Virus record (IMG/VR): IMGVR_UViG_2579779084_000014
Length of the DNA stretch: 36,749 nt
DNA from: a virus
Taxonomy: Duplodnaviria > Heunggongvirae > Uroviricota > Caudoviricetes
Strand: one strand, 5' to 3'
A program made the translations under genes and the position numbers. Each line of letters opens with the position of its first letter. Within the stretch, counting starts at the first letter, position 1. Shown piece by piece: positions 27,904 through 34,706 of the stretch. The notes below the pieces were generated by a model. It was not told the DNA's origin and ran no database searches. It was given only the letters and a program-made list of their open reading frames with translations.

Positions 27904-27922
27904 GGGGGTGTTCAGCACCCCC
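27904..27922. promoter_or_regulatory. dyad motif GGGGGTGCTGAACACCCCC (gene-strand sense), copy 3 of 3; candidate late-promoter activator site upstream of the lysis cassette
   Basis: Intergenic; shares GGGTGCTGAACACCC plus flanking CAGTACCC with the copy at 19902-19916. Confidence 0.4.
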
Positions 27923-27945
27923 GGCAGGTTGATTATCTGGATGGG

Positions 27946-28233
27946 TTAAAGGGAAGCGAGTTTTAATGGTGGCTTATAACATGCCCGCGCCAGCAGGTTA
28001 GCTCTTTCCACGGCATTACGCATTTCCCGTTCTGCGTCAATCATTCTGTTTACGGCTGACAGCACTTCATCATGATTCGTTACTGATTCCGGGCTTTGGG
28101 CCTGTTTCGCCAGGTAACTGGATAAATTGCACATTTCAGCATGTCGGCGACGGGCTGCATCCCGGGCCTTGTCTGAAAATGCGGTATATTCACCGAGTAC
28201 TGCATAGTCGATATCGGTGTCAGAACGCATCAT
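27946..28233 (-). CDS. hypothetical protein (95 aa)
   Basis: Co-directional ORF; no motif recognised. Confidence 0.4.
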   Translation of the reverse strand: MMRSDTDIDYAVLGEYTAFSDKARDAARRRHAEMCNLSSYLAKQAQSPESVTNHDEVLSAVNRMIDAEREMRNAVERANLLARACYKPPLKLASL

Positions 28234-28260
28234 TTCGTGTCTCCTTTTTTCTGAGGCCCA

Positions 28261-28728
28261 TTAATCAAAAAGCCCCACCTGGGTGGGGCTTTTCAGCGAA
28301 GTCTGTTTTTGTCGTCGGTGTATCAGCTGCCATGCGTACCGGTCTGAAATCCCGTAGCGGGGACAGAGCAGTGCCAGCGCCTGCCGGTGTGAGCATCCGT
28401 CTTTTACATGCTGCTGTAAATCAGCCATAAAACGGGTGTTACGCAGGGCACGTAACGCATGATCACAACGGGGAATGTAAAACGGTGCACCGCCAAGAAA
28501 GCGGATCAGTTTGTTGATTTCGTCTTCGGTCAGCACATCATGTAACAGGGCATGGACACCGCCGGTGCGTCCGGCGTGTGCGCCGGTTTTACCGCTTAAC
28601 GTCACGCCACCAAAAGAACGGATTAACCGGGTCAGGGCGGGGAAGCCAATCACGCTAATCAGTTGCTGTACGGAATCGGGCAGCAGTGCCTGCGCATCGC
28701 GAAGATCTGTTTCACTGAAGGTCTGCAT
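28261..28728 (-). CDS. Mor/C-family transcriptional activator (middle/late gene activator)
   Basis: 155 aa; C-terminal HTH-like CPRYGISDRYAWQLIHRR resembling the Mor/C family; position between gemA and lysis genes. Confidence 0.65.
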   Translation of the reverse strand: MQTFSETDLRDAQALLPDSVQQLISVIGFPALTRLIRSFGGVTLSGKTGAHAGRTGGVHALLHDVLTEDEINKLIRFLGGAPFYIPRCDHALRALRNTRFMADLQQHVKDGCSHRQALALLCPRYGISDRYAWQLIHRRQKQTSLKSPTQVGLFD

Positions 28729-28757
28729 GATGGCGTCTCCGGTAGTAACTTACTGTT

Positions 28758-28763
28758 ATTATA
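28758..28763 (-). promoter_or_regulatory. candidate -10 hexamer (TATAAT) for the Mor/C-like gene
   Basis: Exact TATAAT on the minus strand about 30 nt upstream of the ATG at 28728, downstream of the terminator; GGAGA SD follows. Confidence 0.3.
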
Positions 28764-28786
28764 GCCATACATGATCGCCTGTACAG

Positions 28787-28817
28787 ACCACAAAAAAGCC
28801 CCTGCAAGGCAGGGGCT
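28787..28817 (-). terminator. rho-independent terminator between gemA-like and Mor/C-like genes
   Basis: Perfect 9-bp GC-rich stem AGCCCCTGC/GCAGGGGCT with a 3-nt loop, followed on the minus strand by TTTTTTG. Confidence 0.55.
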
Positions 28818-28823
28818 GATTCT

Positions 28824-29237
28824 TTATTGTTTACGTGCTGCTCTGGCTCGTTTTCTGGCGTCTTTTGTCAGCGCCACCATCACCCCGAACAGCTGATCAT
28901 CTGTCAGCCATTCGATCACATGTTGCTTATACATGTGAGATGCCAGTCCTTCCGCATACGCCCAGGAACGACCGGCATCAGCCAGCAACGCCTCAATTTT
29001 GGATAATACCGATTTTCTGCTCATTGCAACACGGGGGCGGCGACCTTTACCGGCGGGCGCTTTGCGCGGAAATCCCTGTTCGTGCATGTATTCCCGGATG
29101 ATGCGCAGTTCATCGAGATTGCAGCGTGTGGTGCTGGTTTTACCGGTCAGGCGGGCCAGCGTCTGACGATAAAGGGCATCATCCCACCCCAGATACGCCT
29201 GACCGGCTTTAATGGCTCCGATCATCTTTTTCAGCAT
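28824..29237 (-). CDS. gemA: GemA-like regulatory protein
   Basis: 137 aa from the internal ATG at 29237; MLKKMIGAIKAGQAYLGWDDALYRQ...RKAPAGKGRRP pattern matches the GemA family (by recollection); lies immediately upstream of a Mor/C-family gene as in Mu. Confidence 0.65.
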   Translation of the reverse strand: MLKKMIGAIKAGQAYLGWDDALYRQTLARLTGKTSTTRCNLDELRIIREYMHEQGFPRKAPAGKGRRPRVAMSRKSVLSKIEALLADAGRSWAYAEGLASHMYKQHVIEWLTDDQLFGVMVALTKDARKRARAARKQ

Positions 29238-29487
29238 GTTTGTTATCCTCAAAACGCACGGTAAAACGTGAAACACCAATCCCCGACAGGAACGCGGCGG
29301 CACGGTCAAGAGACAGCCACGTCTTGTAATCGCCACGGCGTTCCTGTAGAAAATAGGACACCCCGGCGCGGCGATTCACAGCGAAGAGGTGATACACACC
29401 ATCGAACCGCTGCACGACGAACTCATCCACGCCACCGCTTTCAGCCTGCTGCCGGAAGGCTGCCATTCCGATTTGTTCAATTTTCAT
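29209..29487 (-). CDS. hypothetical early protein (92 aa from MKIEQIG)
   Basis: Track ORF trimmed to the internal ATG; the track's N-terminal 12 codons are a translation of an operator-like palindrome. Confidence 0.45.
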   Translation of the reverse strand: MKIEQIGMAAFRQQAESGGVDEFVVQRFDGVYHLFAVNRRAGVSYFLQERRGDYKTWLSLDRAAAFLSGIGVSRFTVRFEDNKHAEKDDRSH

Positions 29488-29490
29488 AAT

Positions 29491-29537
29491 GACCAAAACA
29501 TTACTTTTGGCAGACCAAAACACATGTTTTGGTCTGC
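29491..29537. promoter_or_regulatory. operator-like array: 13-bp-arm palindrome GCAGACCAAAACA-CA-TGTTTTGGTCTGC plus a third direct GACCAAAACA copy
   Basis: Read directly from the sequence; ends 3 nt upstream of the ATG of the 92-aa gene (29487). Confidence 0.4.
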
Positions 29538-29641
29538 ATTTGATTACCGTTTAAACAACTCGCGAAATCAGGAACGTCGAGTTACGGTGATGGCTTTCAT
29601 CGTGTTGTTGCTCCGTGATTCAGAAAATTCCATATCAAGCC

Positions 29642-30052
29642 TCAGTATGTGAAATAGACAGTTGCCACGCCGTTATAGTGATCAAACGACACGGCGTTTA
29701 CCTCATAACTGGCCGGGAGCTTCGAGCCAAGAACGTATCCGGGCCACGTTTTCCATGGAATTTCTCTGCGCTCACTATCGCCATATACCGTACATCCCAG
29801 TGAGCCTACAGCTTCATTAGAACGCGTGCCGCACGTTATAAATCCCAGATTTTGCTTACTGCTCTTAATGGTGATTGGGTGAACGCTGGCTGATGCATTA
29901 GCAGCACGCTGTGCCTGTTGGTTTGCGATATTCGCAGAGTTCGCAGCAGCTACAGCAGCCGTAGTCGCGGCGGTAGAGGCTACAATAGCTGCTGAAGCAT
30001 GCACTTGTTGGGTAATTGTCAGCAATGCCGCCACAAAAACCATTTTCTTCAC
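29642..30052 (-). CDS. secreted/periplasmic protein with N-terminal signal peptide (moron candidate)
   Basis: MKKMVFVAALLTITQQVHA|SAA: basic N-region, hydrophobic core, AxA-type cleavage site; strong SD AAGGAGGTG upstream; alanine-rich mature part. Confidence 0.6.
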   Translation of the reverse strand: MKKMVFVAALLTITQQVHASAAIVASTAATTAAVAAANSANIANQQAQRAANASASVHPITIKSSKQNLGFITCGTRSNEAVGSLGCTVYGDSERREIPWKTWPGYVLGSKLPASYEVNAVSFDHYNGVATVYFTY

Positions 30053-30064
30053 CTGGCACCTCCT

Positions 30065-30244
30065 TTACATACCGTGATTTTTCCAGCGGTTTTGGGCTGC
30101 GCTTCTGTTTCGCCAGACACCGTAAAAACGAATAGAGGACCACTCCCTAAAACCAAGATATCTATAGCGAACAACAAGCCGATTTGAGATACGGATAAGC
30201 TGTCCGGGTTTTGCTATCAGCAGTCTTGCTTTACGGTTTTTCAT
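30065..30244 (-). CDS. possible unannotated 59-aa highly basic small protein (MKNRKARLLIAKPGQLIRISNRLVVRYRYLGFREWSSIRFYGVWRNRSAAQNRWKNHGM)
   Basis: Below the 60-aa track cutoff; ATG 5 nt after the upstream stop, preceded by GGAGA; its stop directly precedes the AGGAGGTG of the next gene. Confidence 0.3.
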   Translation of the reverse strand: MKNRKARLLIAKPGQLIRISNRLVVRYRYLGFREWSSIRFYGVWRNRSAAQNRWKNHGM

Positions 30245-30248
30245 CGTT

Positions 30249-30437
30249 TCATTCTCCTGTATTTACCACTGACTCTGCACTATCAGCCCTGCGGCGCGCC
30301 TGAAGTTCCAGCATTGCGGCCCGGAAATCCTGCCACCATACCTCATCGGCAACGGGGGTGTTCCGATCCAGCACCTTGTCCGCATCGGCAATCAGTCTGG
30401 CCAGGCTCTTATCGCTTATTCTGGTTTGCTGGTTCAC
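30249..30437 (-). CDS. hypothetical small protein (62 aa)
   Basis: Co-directional ORF, 4-nt overlap with the upstream gene. Confidence 0.35.
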   Translation of the reverse strand: MNQQTRISDKSLARLIADADKVLDRNTPVADEVWWQDFRAAMLELQARRRADSAESVVNTGE

Positions 30438-30658
30438 TGCGCCGCCTCCTGTTTTGCCACTTTAAACGCCCGTAACATCGGGACCCTCTTACCGTAGATG
30501 ACGGTTCTCATTAAAAGGCCTCCATCACTCTTATGGTGCACTTCAGGGGCCACAAACAGCGCCGCATCCACAACCCGGCAATAGTGACGGAACTCCCAGA
30601 ACCAGCAGGAAATAGTGATAACTGCGGTACCATTGTGTTCATAAAATTCAATATTCAT
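30434..30658 (-). CDS. hypothetical small protein (74 aa)
   Basis: Co-directional ORF, 4-nt overlap with the upstream gene. Confidence 0.4.
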   Translation of the reverse strand: MNIEFYEHNGTAVITISCWFWEFRHYCRVVDAALFVAPEVHHKSDGGLLMRTVIYGKRVPMLRAFKVAKQEAAQ

Positions 30659-30882
30659 TTGCAGTTAAACCTCCTTTTATGGCGTTCTACGGCGGCTTTC
30701 ATGGCGTTGTGCACGGTTCTTTTAATAATCCGGCGTCCCGCACTGTCATAGAACCGCCACCGGGAAGCCCCCGGATATCCGGGGAACTCAACCGCTGCGC
30801 TACCGTCATCCATCCTGTATTCGTGGCGTTCTCCGGGCGGCTGGTATATTGCTTCGGTAACACTGAGAAGTTTAAAAGCCAT
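30655..30882 (-). CDS. hypothetical small protein (75 aa)
   Basis: Co-directional ORF abutting neighbours. Confidence 0.4.
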   Translation of the reverse strand: MAFKLLSVTEAIYQPPGERHEYRMDDGSAAVEFPGYPGASRWRFYDSAGRRIIKRTVHNAMKAAVERHKRRFNCK

Positions 30883-30884
30883 CG

Positions 30885-31595
30885 TTACACCCTCCCCAGT
30901 GCCAGCGTTTTGTTGCTCTGACCATTAACCCCCTGATGCAGTCTGGCGTTTTTCCCGGCGATAAAACCGGCTGTAGCGGCAGACTCTGCACCCCGGCACG
31001 CTTTAGCGGTGCGCATATCCCCGTCGCGCAGTCCCTTGGTGCTGTGCAGGTTCTTTCTGTAAAGCTCAAGGCGGCTTTTTTCTTCCGGGGAGACGTCATA
31101 CACCGCAATGACATCACGGGCACCAAAGACCCAGCCTTCGCAGAACTGGTCGCCACGGGCCACCCGCGTGGACGGGCCGCAACGTTTGCAGTGTTTATCC
31201 TGATATTTCTTGCGCTCTGCCATCATCTGACGGGAAAGCACATCAAACGCGTAGGCCGCGATTTCCGGGCGGCTGTCAGGACCATAAAAACGAACGTAAC
31301 GTTTGAGTGAACCAGAAGCCCGGTATTCGCCGGAGATGTAACACTCGACACCGAAGGCTTTACAGACCAGGTCACACAGGATGTGCATATAACGCGGCGG
31401 TGTACTGGCATCACTCGGCGCACCCGCGCTGGCAGCGTCCTGAATGTCGAACAATTCCGCGTCGTTTTCGCTGATACCATGCTGGCGCATATAAGCCTGG
31501 GCTTTTGCAATAGCGTTAGCGGCTTCTTCCGGGCTTGATGTCCCTCTTGCAAGGCGTAACAGCTTTTTAATTTTGGCGATGTATTTATTTTTCAT
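30885..31595 (-). CDS. DUF2786-like prophage protein
   Basis: 236 aa; N-terminus KIKKLLRLARGTSSPEEAANAIAKAQAYM is the characteristic DUF2786 helix pattern (from memory); cysteine-rich C-terminal part. Confidence 0.6.
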   Translation of the reverse strand: MKNKYIAKIKKLLRLARGTSSPEEAANAIAKAQAYMRQHGISENDAELFDIQDAASAGAPSDASTPPRYMHILCDLVCKAFGVECYISGEYRASGSLKRYVRFYGPDSRPEIAAYAFDVLSRQMMAERKKYQDKHCKRCGPSTRVARGDQFCEGWVFGARDVIAVYDVSPEEKSRLELYRKNLHSTKGLRDGDMRTAKACRGAESAATAGFIAGKNARLHQGVNGQSNKTLALGRV

Positions 31596-31811
31596 GGTCG
31601 TCTGAACCTCAGCATCCTGAATTCTGAATTACGCAACTTCCGGCACGGCCTTCAGGAACGTGGGGAGTTCGTTCTGGCTGCGGTACTGAATGAGCATCTG
31701 CTGTCGATTGAGAACTGGTCGCAAGACGATTAAAACAAACGATTGTCAGATTAATTTCGCGGGCGAACTTTTTTTGCTTTGCGATATTCATAAATAAACT
31801 CTCTCTGACTC

Positions 31812-31843
31812 AGGCGTAAGCCAGCCCCGGCGGGTTTACGCCT
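31812..31843. other. GC-rich hairpin AGGCGTAA-(16 nt)-TTACGCCT within a 280-bp AT-rich intergenic region
   Basis: 8-bp perfect stem, followed on the plus strand by GTTTTAAAT; lies between the 63-aa gene and the DUF2786-like gene. Confidence 0.4.
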
Positions 31844-31873
31844 GTTTTAAATAACAATTAAAAACAAATTAAA

Positions 31874-32065
31874 TTAATGCGGTGCTTTCAGTGTTTCGAT
31901 TTTAACGAAATAAGGCTCGACATTAATTTCAACCACACAACCACATTTAAAATCTCTGGCAGGTGAAACGGTTTTCACCACACGGCCACCACGCAACGCC
32001 GGATGTGCAGTGTGCATGAAGCGAGTCCCTACCGGATACTGCTTATTAAAGTTCTTCGCATTCAT
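31874..32065 (-). CDS. hypothetical small protein (63 aa)
   Basis: Co-directional ORF overlapping the previous gene end; no motif. Confidence 0.35.
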   Translation of the reverse strand: MNAKNFNKQYPVGTRFMHTAHPALRGGRVVKTVSPARDFKCGCVVEINVEPYFVKIETLKAPH

Positions 32066-32279
32066 GGCGTGGCCTCCAGCCCTTCAGGTGAGCGTTAGCG
32101 CAGAACTCCGCACGATGTTCAGCCCAGATGCGGCGCAGGGTGCTACACGGGCTTTGCGCTGCCTTGCGCCACAGTTTTTCTGCCTCATCATAATCGCCGC
32201 GTTGTTCTGCTCTGGATGCACCCAGCGAATACGCCGCGCAACGATTTCCGGCTCTGTACTCTTTGATATCCTGATGCAT
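32046..32279 (-). CDS. hypothetical small protein (77 aa from internal ATG)
   Basis: ATG 1 nt after the upstream gene's stop (coupled); track ORF start would overlap the upstream gene by 89 nt. Confidence 0.4.
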   Translation of the reverse strand: MHQDIKEYRAGNRCAAYSLGASRAEQRGDYDEAEKLWRKAAQSPCSTLRRIWAEHRAEFCANAHLKGWRPRHECEEL

Positions 32280-32280
32280 G

Positions 32281-32925
32281 TTAAACCCCTGCAATATCAA
32301 GCGGGATTGCGCGGTATTCATCAGAATCACCAACGCGCTCATACACACGAATATAGCTCTTGCTGCCAATCACCTGGACGGCTTCACCAATCAGCATCAT
32401 GGCGTTATTCCAGCGTTCGTCCTCAATTTCGAGGCGACGCAGGGCCAGAACGCGCCCTGTGTTAATGTTGCCTTCCTTGTCCGTGCTGAATGCCTCGCTA
32501 ATGATGGCTTTAATTTCAGGGCGCGCACCTTCCGTCCAGTCAGCCAGGCAATCATCAATCAGCGACTTCGCGGTCTGAATGCGTTCATCAAACGCGATAC
32601 GGTCCTGCATGGCGCGCTGAATCTTGTATCGCCCGTCAAAGCTGTAAAGCGTGATATTGCCTTTTTTGCCGCCTTTCACAGCGCCGTATTTCTCCGCCGA
32701 CAGGTCAATAAATGCCTGGATATCACCAAACGCACGCAGTTTCAGTTCCCGCAGCGAGGCGGAGGCAGCAATCACCATCTCCACAAGCTCACCGACCAGC
32801 TGCTCGCGGTCGCGGTCAATATCTTTGATAAGGCTTTCAGGTGTCATTACGCCACGGGCATCCACCCAGTAACCTTCAGGCGCTTGAGTTTTCGTGTATT
32901 GCTTAACTTTATTTTCAGTCGTCAT
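32281..32925 (-). CDS. conserved Mu-like early-region protein (DUF3164-like by recollection)
   Basis: 214-aa ORF, protein-like composition, position between B and gemA typical of the Mu semi-essential region; family assignment is from memory, not searched. Confidence 0.55.
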   Translation of the reverse strand: MTTENKVKQYTKTQAPEGYWVDARGVMTPESLIKDIDRDREQLVGELVEMVIAASASLRELKLRAFGDIQAFIDLSAEKYGAVKGGKKGNITLYSFDGRYKIQRAMQDRIAFDERIQTAKSLIDDCLADWTEGARPEIKAIISEAFSTDKEGNINTGRVLALRRLEIEDERWNNAMMLIGEAVQVIGSKSYIRVYERVGDSDEYRAIPLDIAGV

Positions 32926-32954
32926 AATTAAATTACCTCAGTGATATTTACAGA

Positions 32955-33170
32955 TTAATGTGTGTTATGTGCGCGAGGCGCAACGTTTTCAGAAAAAAGA
33001 TTCACGCCGTTATAGTCATTTCTAAGCGTTTCCTTGATAACATCATGTAATCCTGTTGCCACCTGAAGCTCCCTTTTGGAAGTGCCATCCTTCGAATAAC
33101 TCCCTGTAATCCGGGTAAGAGTCGCGCCTTTTTCATTGGTATAGATAATTACTTCTAATTTAACCGCCAT
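32955..33170 (-). CDS. hypothetical small protein (71 aa)
   Basis: Co-directional ORF in a visibly AT-richer stretch; no motif recognised. Confidence 0.35.
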   Translation of the reverse strand: MAVKLEVIIYTNEKGATLTRITGSYSKDGTSKRELQVATGLHDVIKETLRNDYNGVNLFSENVAPRAHNTH

Positions 33171-33182
33171 TCTGATTTCCTC

Positions 33183-33421
33183 TCATTGCCATACGACGGT
33201 ACAGCCGTCGATACAGGACGTTTTAACCACGCGGCGCAGGCCGCTGAATGTCTGAACGATTTCCGTTACCGGCCATACAGGACCACCCACAGGCGGGCAG
33301 GCATAAACCACAGGTAAACGGTGATGCTGCCCCGTTACGCGACCGCCAGTGGTATGGATAGCCACACGGGCACGGGAACGGACGGCATTAATGGCCTGCT
33401 TTTCCATCATTTTGTTCTCCA
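33183..33421 (-). CDS. hypothetical small early protein (about 79 aa from MENKMMEK)
   Basis: Track ORF trimmed to the internal ATG, which sits immediately after the second copy of a 19-bp repeat; start uncertain. Confidence 0.4.
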
Positions 33422-33448
33422 TCAGTGAATTAACATTTCTCTGCTGTA

Positions 33449-33781
33449 TTATCTGAGCGTAAACGCCAGTCGGGGCTGATACCGGGGCAGGTGGGCACAC
33501 ATGCGTGCAAGGCGGTAAGCCCGACGAAACCCCTGCAAAGTCTGCTCAAAAGGAATAATCATTAATCGCGCACAGCATTCATCAACATCCCAGTCGTCGC
33601 TGGTATTTCCGGTTCCATTGATTTCCCGTTCACGGGAATATAAATCAATACGCAGTTCACCCGGCACGAAGCAATCAACAAACGGAATAATTTCACCGGG
33701 GGTTCCATTAAAATAAATACAACCATTACGACCGATATTCCGTAGTGCTTTAATTTCTTTTTTTACGGCAATCTGTTCCAT
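33449..33781 (-). CDS. hypothetical early-region protein (kil position)
   Basis: 110-aa ORF with ATG 14 nt after the B stop; co-directional dense packing; no recognisable motif. Confidence 0.45.
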   Translation of the reverse strand: MEQIAVKKEIKALRNIGRNGCIYFNGTPGEIIPFVDCFVPGELRIDLYSREREINGTGNTSDDWDVDECCARLMIIPFEQTLQGFRRAYRLARMCAHLPRYQPRLAFTLR

Positions 33782-33794
33782 ACCTGACCTTTAC

Positions 33795-34688
33795 TCAGTG
33801 AATTAACATTTCTGCGAATTTATCTATGGCCTGCACACTGACCGGCGCATCGCTGATATCGCAAATCCGGTACACACCGCGCGCCAGTTTGAACAGGCGG
33901 CGGGCATTACCCAGCGAGCGCGCGTAAAGCGCCTCGCTGATTTCCGGTTCTGCTGCTTCCGGCATCAGCCCGGTGGCTATCTGGTTAAAATCTTCCTGCG
34001 CCAGCGTGTCGCCCAGGTTAAGCGCCAGCGCCACGCGGCTGTATAACTGCGCAAATTCACCACGACGCCCCTTGAGATTAATCAGAAGACGAGGCATACC
34101 CGCCAGGACAACCCCGATACCCGCTTTATCATGCAGACGGCGCAGAACCTCCAGTGCGCGATAGGGGAGCAGTTCAGCTTCGTCCACCATCAGCAGACGA
34201 CCGGAATCACGCAGTTCGCGCACACAGGCATCAATCAGTTCGTGAATGTTGCCGCGAACCTTTACCCCCAGCTGGCGGCACAACTCCTCAAGCAGTGTCC
34301 TGGCTGTATAGCCCGGGTCAGCCTCAATCAGGACCGCATCCCGGTTTCTGGCGGCGTATTCACGCAGAATCATTGTTTTGCCAAGGCCAGCTGCGCCATA
34401 CAGCACACAGATTTCACATTCCAGGTGAGCGTAGGCCAGCACCTCCAGTCCTTTGGCAGCCATACCGGTGGTCACAAACTTTGCTTTAATACGGCGGCTG
34501 TTTTCCTTTTCCCGCTCACGGGTCACAAAGGCAGAAATGCGTTCTTCAATATCAGCCATATCGCCCTGATATTTACCCTGCAAATACTGGTTGATAACGG
34601 CGCTGCTACGGCCAATTGCACGGGCGACGTGGGTCTGCGTATAGCCGCGACGGGCCATTACGTCATTTAATTGCGTAATTAAACTCAT
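33795..34688 (-). CDS. B: Mu B-like transposition ATPase / target DNA activator
   Basis: 297 aa; Walker A motif GAAGLGKT; N-terminal HTH-like segment; adjacent to the transposase. Confidence 0.85.
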   Translation of the reverse strand: MSLITQLNDVMARRGYTQTHVARAIGRSSAVINQYLQGKYQGDMADIEERISAFVTREREKENSRRIKAKFVTTGMAAKGLEVLAYAHLECEICVLYGAAGLGKTMILREYAARNRDAVLIEADPGYTARTLLEELCRQLGVKVRGNIHELIDACVRELRDSGRLLMVDEAELLPYRALEVLRRLHDKAGIGVVLAGMPRLLINLKGRRGEFAQLYSRVALALNLGDTLAQEDFNQIATGLMPEAAEPEISEALYARSLGNARRLFKLARGVYRICDISDAPVSVQAIDKFAEMLIH

Positions 34689-34706
34689 AATTAAATACCT
34701 TTTAAA

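Noticed and set aside
31609-31791. 60-aa minus-strand ORF in the AT-rich intergenic gap
   Set aside because: Low-complexity, unprotein-like translation with only a weak possible RBS; kept as doubtful rather than called as a gene.
32046-32369. Assignment of the small protein at 32046-32279 to the ANR family of small regulators
   Set aside because: Only a vague impression from size and helical character; no sequence motif I can verify from memory, so left as hypothetical.
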